From Verrucomicrobiota bacterium (GTDB lineage: Bacteria > Verrucomicrobiota > Verrucomicrobiia > Limisphaerales > UBA1412): a stretch of DNA of 64,000 nucleotides. Under the pieces are notes generated by a model that made no database searches, was not told the DNA's origin, and saw only the letters and a program-made list of their open reading frames with translations. Below, one piece after another: positions 36,677 to 47,300 of this stretch (position 1 is the stretch's first letter; each line of letters opens with the position of its first letter). The DNA is taken from assembly GCA_023230105.1 (NCBI GenBank), contig JALNXY010000006.1:76886-140885 (forward strand). The letters are read 5' to 3'. The translations under genes and the position numbers were made by a program.

Positions 36677-38014
36677 TTAGTGCATTTCGTCAACCATTTC
36701 GGGATTGTTTTTCGCAAACTCTATCATTGCTTTGCCCAGTCGGTCCATGAAGCCGGATTGAATGAGCTGCTTCATCATTTCTTCACTGTTGGGTTGAACG
36801 CCGGATGTCGCAACCTGGTTTAGAATATTACGGGAAAAGCCAATACTTTCCTTAAAGAGAGCCTGGTCGTCTGGATGGGATTGTTCCAGTTCATTCAAAA
36901 GATTTAAGCGGCCTTGGATCATTTCAGGGCTTGGTGTGTTTTCCTTGGAGCCATTGCTGTCTGATTCTGAAATCATTAGCATCACGACACTCCCCACAGC
37001 ATCAACATTGCTATCACCATAGCCATCAACCATTAGTTTAACCATAGAGTTTGCATCTGAATTAATGCCAATGTACTCGTTAAAGTTCGATAGCATTTCC
37101 ATGCGTTTCGTGAGCTTCACCTCCGGTTTGCTGAAGGCTTCTCGGATACTGGGAAGGGCTGATTCACCCATTAACTCCAGTTTTTTTTGCATCAGTGAGA
37201 TTTCTATATTTCCATCTTCATCGACAAATTCGATTGCCGTTGCCAAGTCCGAGACGTCATCCCCACACTCTTCTTTTAGGAAGCTCAGGACTTTCATTAG
37301 GCTGTACCCAATTATGTTACTCTTTGTATTTACCGCCAACATCTGTCTGAGCGATTTAATACACACGGAGCGGAACTCTTCCCCGTTGGCTCTCATTAAA
37401 GCCTGGGCTGCATGGCAAATTTCAGCAGGATTAGTTGCCGAGAGCATAGTTTCACAGAGTAGGGTGAGGGAAGCGGAATTGTTGAGATTGATGAGCACTC
37501 CCATGAGCCCCAGTCGAGAGCTGGTGGGAACTGTTTCAATTTCGTCTCCGAAGTAGAGAGGGGTTGAGAAGTTCCCATTGGGTATTAATTCGACGTTGTG
37601 TCCACTTTGTAAGTAGGCACGAATGGCATCAAGCGATTTATCGCCATTATCCCTCAGACCCTGGAGGACGAAATAAGTCTCCCGCATTTGGTCACGCCAT
37701 TGGTTGCGCAATGGTGCATTCTCCTCTCTGATCATGCTCATGCTATTGGTATAATTTTGCATGTCTTTAAAGCGTTCTAGTAATGCTGATGGCTCCAGTT
37801 GGGGAATGGTCATTTTGGCCTTGTTGGAGATTTCCGTTTCTATGGCCGCTTCCAAATCCTTCAGAGATGCTTGCAGCTGGGCTTCCTTAAGAGTCCAGTC
37901 AGTACGTTGTTGATCAAGTGCGCGGGCGGAGGCGTGATGAATCTGAAAAACAATGGCCGTAGCCGCGACTGCAATAAGAGCATTGACTCCAAGCAAAATA
38001 TAAAGTTTTTTCAT
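36677..38014 (-). CDS. N-terminally anchored coiled-coil/helical-repeat protein, paralog family member 2
   Basis: N-terminal TM (LYILLGVNALIAVAATAIVFQI). Shares IRAYLQSGHNVEL, SSRLGLMGVL and GRLNLLNELEQ blocks with the ORF at 10381-11658. Confidence 0.6.
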   Translation of the reverse strand: MKKLYILLGVNALIAVAATAIVFQIHHASARALDQQRTDWTLKEAQLQASLKDLEAAIETEISNKAKMTIPQLEPSALLERFKDMQNYTNSMSMIREENAPLRNQWRDQMRETYFVLQGLRDNGDKSLDAIRAYLQSGHNVELIPNGNFSTPLYFGDEIETVPTSSRLGLMGVLINLNNSASLTLLCETMLSATNPAEICHAAQALMRANGEEFRSVCIKSLRQMLAVNTKSNIIGYSLMKVLSFLKEECGDDVSDLATAIEFVDEDGNIEISLMQKKLELMGESALPSIREAFSKPEVKLTKRMEMLSNFNEYIGINSDANSMVKLMVDGYGDSNVDAVGSVVMLMISESDSNGSKENTPSPEMIQGRLNLLNELEQSHPDDQALFKESIGFSRNILNQVATSGVQPNSEEMMKQLIQSGFMDRLGKAMIEFAKNNPEMVDEMH

Positions 38015-38056
38015 ATTTGTAGTAAGTTTTATGGTCTCTTTAAAACTCTTTTTCTT

Positions 38057-39544
38057 CTATTCCTCTTTTGTTTCAAGGGTATCTTTTTTCATTCTATCCA
38101 AAGATTTCTGAATTGATTGCTCTAACTCGTCAACTTTTTCTTGGCGGCTCATTTCTTTTATTTTTGCCGCCAGATTCTCCCTCTCCACCTTGTCGAACTC
38201 TTTATCCAGCTCCGCATCCGGGGTGGCCTGACGCTCCAAGCTTGCCCGAGTCAAATTAATCACTTCTTGCATCAGCTTATCGTTGGTATTTTCTGCGGCA
38301 ATCGTATCTATGAGCCCCAGCCGGGCAGTAATGAAGCTCTGCTTACGCTCACCGGTAAACGATTGAGTTGGCTCAGTGGCAAAATAGTCAAACACGTTCT
38401 CAAGCCTCGACACCAAACGATATTGAGATTCCTGGTGCGGCTTGTCGTTGTCTCCCCTCAGCAAAGTGAGGTACATCTCCGTGGCCATGGGGTTAATGCC
38501 CACATAACTAAGCGCTACATCTTCGAAGAAGTTATCGAAAAGCCTCCTTTGAAGTATAATCCCGTTATCAGTCTTCTCCGCAGCCTTTTCGTTTTCCCTC
38601 ATGCGCATAAAGGCTGCGTAATACCACTGAATGCTCTCTTCTCCTAAAAGCTCTTTTGTACTGGAAAAAAAGGAGGTATTCACAAACTCTATGTCAGAGT
38701 ACCCACTCTTAGTCATCCAAGCTCCTTCTTCCATAAGAGTGTGTGCAAACTCAGTGTCTTTGAGGGTTCTGAATAGAAGATTGTAAACACTGGAGATATT
38801 AAACTGCCCCATGGAGGCATTCTTGGAGGATTCTGAATAAGCTTTCCTCAGCTCCTCAGAGGCATCTGGATTATCTGCCAATTGTCGTTGTAATTCCGCT
38901 CTTTCAGCTGAGTATTTTTCCGTCTGCTTCATAGTCTCTCGATACATATTCCGCGCTGCTTTGACGCAATGAGAGTGATAGGTTTCCGGAGAAATCTCCA
39001 GTAAAACTTTGCAGAGGTTTTCCAACTCAGTTGCCGTTTGAGTGACAGGGAGCAATTGGCTCAAGAGTGCCGCTGATTCCATGGTGCGCATTCCGCAAAG
39101 TATGGCCGCGATTTCTTGCCGCAACGTATGGGGATCCGGAAAATAAGGAAGTTCCAAATCTGTGTCCACTCCGCTTATGAAGAAATCTTTGATGGACGGC
39201 AGTGCATTGGTGCCCGCATCAGCCAAACCCTGCAAACAGTAGAAAGCTCGGTAGTTCTTATCTGATTCCGTTTTCTCCATCTCAAGCTCAATCAGGCGTT
39301 GCACCAGGAACCTGGGATCCAGTGGATCCAATTTCTGAAGATCCTTTTGGGCGGTCTCGGCTAATAGGCGAACGCGGGCTTCTTCCAACTTAGCTTCCAA
39401 AAGAGCCTGCTCGGCGGAATGTTCTTCAACAAGTCGCGCCAGGGATTGTTTGGACTTATCCAGGGATGCTTTTACCCAATACCCGCTGCCGCATATTGCG
39501 AGAACCAGGACGATAACTCCCATTACAAATTTACTATTTCCCAT
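38057..39544 (-). CDS. N-terminally anchored coiled-coil/helical-repeat protein, paralog family member 3
   Basis: N-terminal TM (FVMGVIVLVLAICGSGYWV). RAFYCLQGLADAG, IKDFFISGVDTDL and SAALLSQLLPVT align with members 1 and 2. A good SD (aagagga) precedes the ATG. Confidence 0.6.
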   Translation of the reverse strand: MGNSKFVMGVIVLVLAICGSGYWVKASLDKSKQSLARLVEEHSAEQALLEAKLEEARVRLLAETAQKDLQKLDPLDPRFLVQRLIELEMEKTESDKNYRAFYCLQGLADAGTNALPSIKDFFISGVDTDLELPYFPDPHTLRQEIAAILCGMRTMESAALLSQLLPVTQTATELENLCKVLLEISPETYHSHCVKAARNMYRETMKQTEKYSAERAELQRQLADNPDASEELRKAYSESSKNASMGQFNISSVYNLLFRTLKDTEFAHTLMEEGAWMTKSGYSDIEFVNTSFFSSTKELLGEESIQWYYAAFMRMRENEKAAEKTDNGIILQRRLFDNFFEDVALSYVGINPMATEMYLTLLRGDNDKPHQESQYRLVSRLENVFDYFATEPTQSFTGERKQSFITARLGLIDTIAAENTNDKLMQEVINLTRASLERQATPDAELDKEFDKVERENLAAKIKEMSRQEKVDELEQSIQKSLDRMKKDTLETKEE

Positions 39545-39841
39545 ATATCCTCTTATATATTCTGTTTAAAATCGGAGTCTCCTTCACAGGTGTCCCATTC
39601 AAATTGCAATTGAGCGGGGGAAATTTATAAGAGCCGGCCTCCCGTGCGCTAAACTTTTAGCCGACTCGACAAGACGAAACTGAATCATCAAAAAAATGAC
39701 TGAAAAGACAACATGTGGGCACCTTAGCATTCTGAGAGAATTGATGCAACTTTTTTTAAAAAATACACCGAAATCCCAATTCTTAACGAATGGGAGAGAA
39801 TGGAACAACCAGTTTGAAAACGTTTTTGTCGGAGTGAAGAG

Positions 39842-40594
39842 TTAACTCCGACTGTGGAGAAGAGCTAGAAGGAGTCCTTTGAGAGTCAGCTCGGGGTCGA
39901 CGCAGGTGATATCGGGAATTTTTTCTGAAATCATCTTGGAGTATCCTCCTGTCGCTATAAAGGGCAGGTGCTCCAATTGAAATTCATTTTTTATTTCCTT
40001 AATCAGCTCTTTTATCAGCCCCCTGTATCCGTGCACGGCGCCAATGCGCATAGCGTCAGCCGTGCTTTTGCCAACCACAGAAGGCATTTCCCAAATTTCT
40101 ATGCAGGGAAGCTGAGCCGTTTTTTCGTGAAGGTAAGTGGTCATGGTGGCCAGCCCCGGAGCAATAATGCCTCCAGCATAGTTTCCGGCAGCATTGACAA
40201 TATCAAAGGTCACAGCGGTGCCAAAGTCGACTCCAACGGAAGGAAAACCGTAATAATGAGCCAGGGCGATAGCATTAGCTAATCGATCGGCTCCTACTGA
40301 AGAGGGAATGGGGTAATCAATGCCAACTTTCCAGAGTGTCTGGCATGTCAGTTCAAAAGGGGGCTTTTTCCAAAGGCGGGCAAGCATTTCCCTGGCCTGC
40401 TCGGAGGCTTGCGGGACGACACTGCAAAAGGCTGCCTGCTCAATTCTTTTTTCCTGACAAAAGCCCTGAAGAAGAAAAGGCATGGAAGCGTTCTTCCAGG
40501 CCTGAGTAGGCAAGTCGATCTGATCCAGGATTCCATCATGGTTGGCTAATCCGGCATGGGTATGCGTGTTACCTATATCCAGCAGCAGATACAT
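39842..40594 (-). CDS. coaX: Type III pantothenate kinase
   Basis: MYLLLDIGNTHTH, GADRLANA and VDFGTAVTFD motifs. Confidence 0.85.
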   Translation of the reverse strand: MYLLLDIGNTHTHAGLANHDGILDQIDLPTQAWKNASMPFLLQGFCQEKRIEQAAFCSVVPQASEQAREMLARLWKKPPFELTCQTLWKVGIDYPIPSSVGADRLANAIALAHYYGFPSVGVDFGTAVTFDIVNAAGNYAGGIIAPGLATMTTYLHEKTAQLPCIEIWEMPSVVGKSTADAMRIGAVHGYRGLIKELIKEIKNEFQLEHLPFIATGGYSKMISEKIPDITCVDPELTLKGLLLALLHSRS

Positions 40595-40649
40595 GAAAAT
40601 CAGTTTCTACAATGCCCAGGGGAGAAATGACTCCCTTTTTCGATTACCT

Positions 40650-42710
40650 TTATTCTGTTGCGGCTTCCTTTTCAGGAGCTTGGCTTTCTTCCAGTGCTGT
40701 TTGGAGCAGTTTCTCAAAATCAGGATTGGTGGAAGCGCCCAGAGAGACAGCTTTCTGGTAGTGATAGTTCGCCAGCTGAGGATAAGCCGGTTTGGTCGTG
40801 GCGTAGAGGACAGCCAGGTTGTAATGAGCTACTGAATAGCGCGGATTGACTTTCAGAGCTGCACGGAAAGATTTTTCGGCGTCTGTACGCAGGCCGCGTT
40901 CACCCAGAACCATTCCGAGATAGTTTTGAGTTTCGGCATTATTGGGGTCGATTTTTGCCGAGGTACTTAAAAGCTCAAAAGCGTCGTCGATTTTACGATT
41001 CTTGAGGTTCAGGATAGCGAGAAGGTTGATTACGAAAGTATCTTGCGGATCCAGCGAGTAAGCTTTTTTGAGGTTGATTTCAGCCTCTTTTAATTTGCCC
41101 AGCTCCAATTGAGCTGCACCCAGGTTGCCCAGGGTGTAGACGCTGTTTTCGTCCAGTGAGAGGAGGCGTTGGAACAGGCGTTCAGCCTCATTCATCCTGC
41201 CTTCAGAAAATTCTTTGACACCTTCAGCCGCGATTTCTTTGCCATCCGCAGGGGCTGAATGGCGCAGGCTCGAACCCACGGCGCTGCCTCTGGCAGGTTC
41301 GCCGGTGGAGAGTGTGACCTGGCTATCCAGGACCGCACCAACGCGAATCGGTTTACCCGGGCGCATTAAGGCCAATTCTTCGGGCGTATACGGCTCTTTG
41401 GCTCTCTCATAAACCGCGATTTTCGCCCGGAGCCGGTCTATATTGTCGAGCAGTTTGGATTCACCCTTCCGTGTGGCAGCATCGCGAAGGACTTTGTTTT
41501 CTTCCTTGAGGCCATCTACCATTTTCTCCAGGTCACCGACCTGACGTTGAAGAGAATTAAGTTCGGATGGGTCCGGTAAAGAGTTCGTTGCGGCAGCCTC
41601 TTTTGATTTTTGTAATTCGAGCTCCATCTGGCTGGAAGAGAGTTTTAACTGCGCCAGCTCGGCCGCAACAGCTTCGTAGCGGCTCAGGGTGCTTTCAACG
41701 GCTTGTTGAGACTCTTTCTTGGATAAATCAGCGGCTGCCTTGAGAGCCTCATTTTCAGCGCGGAGTGTTTCAATGTTTTGCGTCATTTCGGCAACAAGCT
41801 TCTCCTGCTGGAGCAGAAGTTTTTCCGTTTCCTGCCCCTTGTCGCCCGGGGCGGCACTCAGGAATGTTTTAAGCTGTGTGGAAAGTCGTTCATTTTCAGT
41901 GCGGACAGTTACAATTTCCTTTTCTAAAGTTTGTATTTGAACGTTGGCAGAGGAATCTGAACTTTCAGGGGATTTATCCTGTTTTTTCACCTCTTTACGC
42001 AAGGAGGAGTTTTCCTGTTTGAGGTCGCTCAGTTGAGCATCGAGTTTTTTAATTTCTTCGCGGGCTTTATCCAAGCGCTTAATTTCTCTGGATGAGAGTG
42101 GCTCTTCCGGTTCATCCGGGGTGAGATTTTTACTGAGATCAGCCAGCTGGATTTTGAGCAGCGCGTTAGTTCGAGTAAGTTCAGCAATGGTTTTTTCAGC
42201 TTTCTGAAGCTCCCTGGGATCAACGTTGGCTGGCTGAGCGGAAGTGGCCTCGCGAAGGCGGGCGTCCAAATCGTCACGGATTTTTTCCAGCTGAGCCAAT
42301 TGTATTTTTAAGGCGCGAATTTCCTTCTCCGCATCGCTGGCGTTCTCTGGAGCTCTTTCGGCGGGAGATCCAGGAGGAGTATCTACAGCGGTTGGGGGAT
42401 CAAACTGCTGCATTTTGGTTTTCACATAAGAGAGGCGAAAATCAACGAGCTTTTGATTCCAGTTGGGAAACTCTTTCTTGATATTTTCCAGAAAGCCTTG
42501 AGCCTTCTGGTACAGCTCATACGCATCCCGTTTTTTGCCCATTTGCCAAGCTTCGTCCGCGCCTAAAATAGTGTTGTAGACCTCGATGTAGAGATCATCC
42601 ACATCCTTCTGATTGTCCTGCGCTCTCAAACCCGTTGGGCTTAAAAGCAGGGAACCTATTAAAAAAGCGGCCATCACTATGGAGGCCGGGCATTTATACC
42701 AGCGTCTCAT
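40650..42710 (-). CDS. Secreted protein with a long coiled coil and C-terminal TPR repeats
   Basis: Signal peptide from ATG 42710 (MRRWYKCPASIVMAAFLIGSLLLSPTGLRAQ). About 350 aa of heptad-like E/K/L/Q sequence, then TPRs (YTLGNLGAAQLELGKLKEAEINLKKAYSLDPQD...). Confidence 0.6.
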   Translation of the reverse strand: MRRWYKCPASIVMAAFLIGSLLLSPTGLRAQDNQKDVDDLYIEVYNTILGADEAWQMGKKRDAYELYQKAQGFLENIKKEFPNWNQKLVDFRLSYVKTKMQQFDPPTAVDTPPGSPAERAPENASDAEKEIRALKIQLAQLEKIRDDLDARLREATSAQPANVDPRELQKAEKTIAELTRTNALLKIQLADLSKNLTPDEPEEPLSSREIKRLDKAREEIKKLDAQLSDLKQENSSLRKEVKKQDKSPESSDSSANVQIQTLEKEIVTVRTENERLSTQLKTFLSAAPGDKGQETEKLLLQQEKLVAEMTQNIETLRAENEALKAAADLSKKESQQAVESTLSRYEAVAAELAQLKLSSSQMELELQKSKEAAATNSLPDPSELNSLQRQVGDLEKMVDGLKEENKVLRDAATRKGESKLLDNIDRLRAKIAVYERAKEPYTPEELALMRPGKPIRVGAVLDSQVTLSTGEPARGSAVGSSLRHSAPADGKEIAAEGVKEFSEGRMNEAERLFQRLLSLDENSVYTLGNLGAAQLELGKLKEAEINLKKAYSLDPQDTFVINLLAILNLKNRKIDDAFELLSTSAKIDPNNAETQNYLGMVLGERGLRTDAEKSFRAALKVNPRYSVAHYNLAVLYATTKPAYPQLANYHYQKAVSLGASTNPDFEKLLQTALEESQAPEKEAATE

Positions 42711-42787
42711 CACGCGGCTATTGAAACATATCAAGGGCTTGAATGCCAACAAAATCGCAGGAACTCACCTTATATGGGGTTCGATTC

Positions 42788-42816
42788 TTGACAGAGTGCT
42801 GAATAATGCGTAAATT
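42788..42816 (+). promoter_or_regulatory. Candidate sigma70-type promoter abutting the start codon of the oxidoreductase gene
   Basis: TTGACA (42788-93), 17-nt spacer, TAAATT (42811-16). The ATG at 42823 lies only 6 nt after the -10 element. Confidence 0.35.
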
Positions 42817-42822
42817 GAAAGT

Positions 42823-44115
42823 ATGAAGCGTTTTAGCATTAAAGTAAGTCGCCGCAGCTTCTTGAAGAGCGCGGCCGCGATGGCGGCAGTCCCGCTTTGG
42901 TATGCGGAGGAGACTTTTGCTTTACCACAAACTCAAACACCGAAATCTGCCAATGATAAACCCGGCATTGCTCTCATAGGCTGTGGAGGCCAGGGTAGGG
43001 GAGATTGCAGCATAGCCTCCCATTTCGGCAATATCGTCGCTGTTTGTGATTTGGATGAAAACCGCCTCAATCAGGCGGCCGAACAATTTAAAGTAAAAAA
43101 CAAGTTTAAGGACTTCCGTAAGCTACTGGAGTGCAAGGATGTGGATATTGTCATTACAGGCACTCCCGAACATTGGCATACAATGGTTAATATCGCTGCC
43201 AGTAATGCAGGCAAGGATATTTACTCCGAGAAACCCTTGACGCTGACTATCGCCGAAGGCAAGAAGCTGGTAGAAGTAATCAGGAAGAATAAAACTATTC
43301 TGCAGGTGGGTAGCCAACAGAGAAGCGAACAGAATTTCCGTTTTGCCTGTGAGCTGGTTCGAAATGGCCGCATCGGCAAACTCAAAAATATCCTGGTGGG
43401 TTTGCCCACCGGGCCAAGAGAAGGCCCCTTTGCGCCTGAGCCTGTTCCCGATTACCTGGATTGGGATTTTTACCAGGGGCAGACAGGTCCTCGGGATTAT
43501 ACGCATAAGCGGACGCATTACGAATTCCGCTGGTGGTATGATTACTCCGGAGGCCAATTGACTGATTGGGGCGCGCATCATAACGACATTGCCCAGTGGG
43601 GCAACGGAACAGAGCTGAGCGGCCCTGTTGAATTTGATGGCCGCGCTTTAGGAAAGCCGATGATAGAAGGCGGCTACACCGCCGCGGCAGAGTTCCATAT
43701 TGAGGCAAAATATGCGAACGGTGTCACGATGACAACAACCAACAAAGCCCCCTGTGGTATTCGTTTTGAGGGTACTGAAGGATGGGTTTATGTGGAGCGT
43801 GGAGGGACTAAATATAGTCATCCAGAGTTGGAAGAAGTGAAGTTTGATGACAGTAAGGATATACGCCTTTACAGGAGCAATCATCATATGGGCAACTTTA
43901 TTGAGTGCGTCAAAAACCGAAAAGATCCGGTTTGTACCGTGGAAATAGGGCATCGCTCTATCAGCGTGGCGCATTTGAATGTGATTTCTGTCAGACTGGG
44001 GCGAAAAATCAAATGGGATCCCGTTGCAGAAACGATCATAGGAGATAAAGAAGCAGAAGCGATGTTGTCTCGTCCTATGCGTAAACCTTACAATTATAGC
44101 TTCATTGGTCTTTAA
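42823..44115 (+). CDS. Tat-signal Gfo/Idh/MocA-family oxidoreductase
   Basis: SRRSFLKSAAAMAAVP twin-arginine signal, Rossmann motif GIALIGCGGQGRGD and EKPLTL motif. Confidence 0.85.
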   Translation: MKRFSIKVSRRSFLKSAAAMAAVPLWYAEETFALPQTQTPKSANDKPGIALIGCGGQGRGDCSIASHFGNIVAVCDLDENRLNQAAEQFKVKNKFKDFRKLLECKDVDIVITGTPEHWHTMVNIAASNAGKDIYSEKPLTLTIAEGKKLVEVIRKNKTILQVGSQQRSEQNFRFACELVRNGRIGKLKNILVGLPTGPREGPFAPEPVPDYLDWDFYQGQTGPRDYTHKRTHYEFRWWYDYSGGQLTDWGAHHNDIAQWGNGTELSGPVEFDGRALGKPMIEGGYTAAAEFHIEAKYANGVTMTTTNKAPCGIRFEGTEGWVYVERGGTKYSHPELEEVKFDDSKDIRLYRSNHHMGNFIECVKNRKDPVCTVEIGHRSISVAHLNVISVRLGRKIKWDPVAETIIGDKEAEAMLSRPMRKPYNYSFIGL

Positions 44116-44398
44116 GTTTCAAAGAAAGGAAAATAGACCCCATTGTCTTTTTTTTAAGCCACCCACAAAAGTACGTCGATTTTTCTTTATGAGGAATATA
44201 GAAAACTTTACTGAAAAATTCAAAATAGGCTTGAATTTGTGGGTGTTTTCGACTAGAGATAAGGGTGTGTGTGTTGCTGTGGAAAAACTTGTTGCTGTTA
44301 AGCAAATAAAAGGACGCCGTTTCGCTACTTAGCGAAACGCCTGTCTGGAGCGGCTAAAGATTTTCGGTGGCAGTTATACGTAATAAATTGCACAACAT

Positions 44399-47300
44399 AT
44401 GGTTATGAATAAAAAAATAACTTTCTCTGCAGCGCTTTTGGCGGCGGCATTTTTGTCGCATTCCGGAGTGTTTCACGCAGAGGGGGCGGAGGTAGCTCCA
44501 CCCATGAGTATAGTAGCGGATGTTGCAGGAGGAGCTCCCTCGGCAACGTCTGAAGTTGTATTGGCAGCGATTCCTCCTCTGGGTCCAGAAGTGGGGGTAA
44601 AGTTTCAAGACGACTTCACAAACGGCGAAACCATTCTGGATTTAACCAAATGGATTCACTCAAAGACAGGACCGACGGATATAGAAGTCGAAGCTGGTGG
44701 CGGTGTGTTTGCTGGTGCAGGGCAGTCGGGTGTTAACCTTTGGGCTGGCCGCAGCATACGAACAACGGATGGGTTCTCTTACGGCCCCACGTCGCTGAAG
44801 GTGACTGTGGAGCGCCCTTACCTGAATCTGGTTTCCGGGACTGGCGTTAAAAGTGGAGTGATTTTGAGCAATGCGGATAGCTCCAACTTTTTCTTTCTGA
44901 GTGATGGTCTTCCTGATGAAGGCTGGGCTTGGAGTGTGAATTCGATTGGGAGTGGTAATCCGATTTCTGCGTTCGCCCCCATGAATGACGGTTTGGAACA
45001 TGTGATAGAGCTTGCCTATGACGGGACGGCCGTTGACATGTACCTGGACGGAGTTTATGGCGGACGAGTCGATTGGGATTGTCCCGCTCCTGTTTATGTA
45101 GACCTGGGCTTCTACACACATCAAATAGGTGACGCTATACAAGGCGCTTTCGGTCCGATCGTGATTGAGAACGTTGACTATAAGCAAAAATTGGTGTTGC
45201 CCGGTGACATCGCCCGCCCGATTAACTCTGTCAAGGAAGTTAATAGAAGTTCATATCCCGGGGCAGAATCTCCGGCTATGGTGATAGACGGTGATGTAAA
45301 TACCAAGTACCTGAACTTCGGTGGCGAGAATACCGGGTTCATTGTTACTCCCGGTTATGGCAAGAGCACTGTCAATAGCTTCCAGATGTGGACGGCCGGG
45401 GACGCTCCCGAACGTGATCCGGATACCTATGAGATCTATGGAACCGATGATGTTATTACCTCAACGGATAATGGATTTGGTGACGGTGAAAATTGGACTC
45501 TGATCCAATCCGGGACAGTAGCTTTGCCGACGGATCGTCAGGTTGCCGGACCGCTGGTGAGTGTTAACAACAGCGTTGCCTATTCATCCTATAAGGTACT
45601 CTTCCCGAGCCTGAGAAGGGATGGTAACTCAATGATGCAGTTGGCTGACATTCAGTTCTTTGCAGATGCTGCAGGGACTCAAGGCATTCTCAGCTACAGT
45701 GATTCCATCATTGCGGTGCAGCCTGTGTCAAGCTGGAGCAACCTCTCAGGAGAAAAGGAATCTTCTCAGCACACTATTGATGGTGATGTGAATACCAAGT
45801 ATTTCAGTGGACTGGGCACATATTCGGGAGTTATATTCTTACCGAGCAACCCCAAAACCATTGTCAAGAGCTTGGTTCTCACCACCGCTAACGACTTCAC
45901 GGAGCGTGATCCTGCATCCTTCGAGCTGTACGGAACGAACGAGGAAGTTGTCAGCAAGGATTACAGCCTTGGAAATGCTGAAGATTGGACTCTGATTGCA
46001 TCGGGTAACTTGGATTTGCCATTGGACCGCAAAACAGCCGCTGATCCGATTTTAATCCCCAGCGGAAATGCATATTCGGCCTACAAGGTAATCTTCCCGA
46101 CTCTACGCGTGGAAGGTACCCCCGCCATGCAGATTGCCGAAATTCAACTTCTGGGTGCGGTTGTTGAGGCTGCTCCTGCAAGTTTGATCAATCCTGGCGA
46201 TACGGTGGTTGGAGCCGGTGGAGAATATCCCGAAAATGAACCGCCGCAAGCCGCGCTTGACCGCGTTGTAGGGACCAAGTATCTGAACTTTGGTGGTGCA
46301 GGCACAGGCTTCATCGTGACGACCACAGGAGAGCCGTTCCAAGCTAATTACTTCATGTACACAACGGCCAATGACTCCAATGATAGAGACCCGTTGGCAT
46401 TTGAAGTTTTTGGAACGAATGATGCAATTGATGGTGAAGAAACCTGGACCCCCGCCGGAAATGGCGTGATCGAGCCCAGTGTTTTCCGTTTCCGTAACAC
46501 GGCGCCTGCCTTCTTCGCTAATGGTAAAGCTTACAGCTCATACAAAGTCATCTTCACGCAGCTTCGTGGATCATCAATGTTCCAGATTGCTGAAGTGTAT
46601 ATGTACTGCAATGTGGAAGCTCCGGCTCTTGAAGACGTGGTGGTGCAGAGTGGTGTAGAGGGAGATAACCTGACCTTTACAGCAGTTGCAAGCGGAACCG
46701 AGCCTCTGGAATACCAGTGGTATAAGAATGGTGAGCTCATTGATGGAGCAACCGGTTCGAGCTACGTGATTGAGAGCGCCTCCCTGGCTGATACGGCCGC
46801 TTATTCCGTGAGCGTTGGTAACAGCAAGGGAACTGAAGCGAGCTTGCCTCAATCTGTCGTCGTTTCTTCAAGCCCTGATAATTTGGCACAATTCTTGTTC
46901 TTCATGTGCGATGAGGGCGCAGGAGTCGAAACATATGACTTCGTGACTGGTACGCCTGCGGTGTTTACAGAACCTGCTCCAGCATGGTCAGATTCTGCAC
47001 CTTCCAGACAATTCGGGACGAAGTATTCGGCTTACGACTACTCGTTGGGATTTGCCGGTGATTCCGGAGCAATGTTCAGCACTGAAGATATTGACATTGA
47101 CCCGGCCAGCCCGAGCATGACCATTGATTTCTGGTTCCAAGGAATTCAGGCTACAGGAAACTGGCAAGAACTTGTCGCCCTCTACGGTAACAGCAAGGGT
47201 ACCTGCCCTGTGATAGCTGTCGACGTGGATAGCTTTGGTTGTTTAGCCTTCTATGTGGGCTACAATGAATTCAGCACGGGCCTTCCTTTCCCGAGTGACA

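Noticed and set aside
39815-39870. Hairpin GTCGGAGT...ACTCCGAC spanning the coaX stop codon, considered as a terminator
   Set aside because: There is no U-run after the stem on the minus strand (it is followed by AAAAACG). It may still be a structural element but cannot be called a rho-independent terminator.
44105-44332. 75-aa ORF upstream of the giant gene (and the antisense ORF at 44102-44305)
   Set aside because: AT-rich intergenic DNA with a non-ATG start overlapping the preceding gene's stop, and an implausible F/K/R-rich composition. Treated as leader/promoter DNA.
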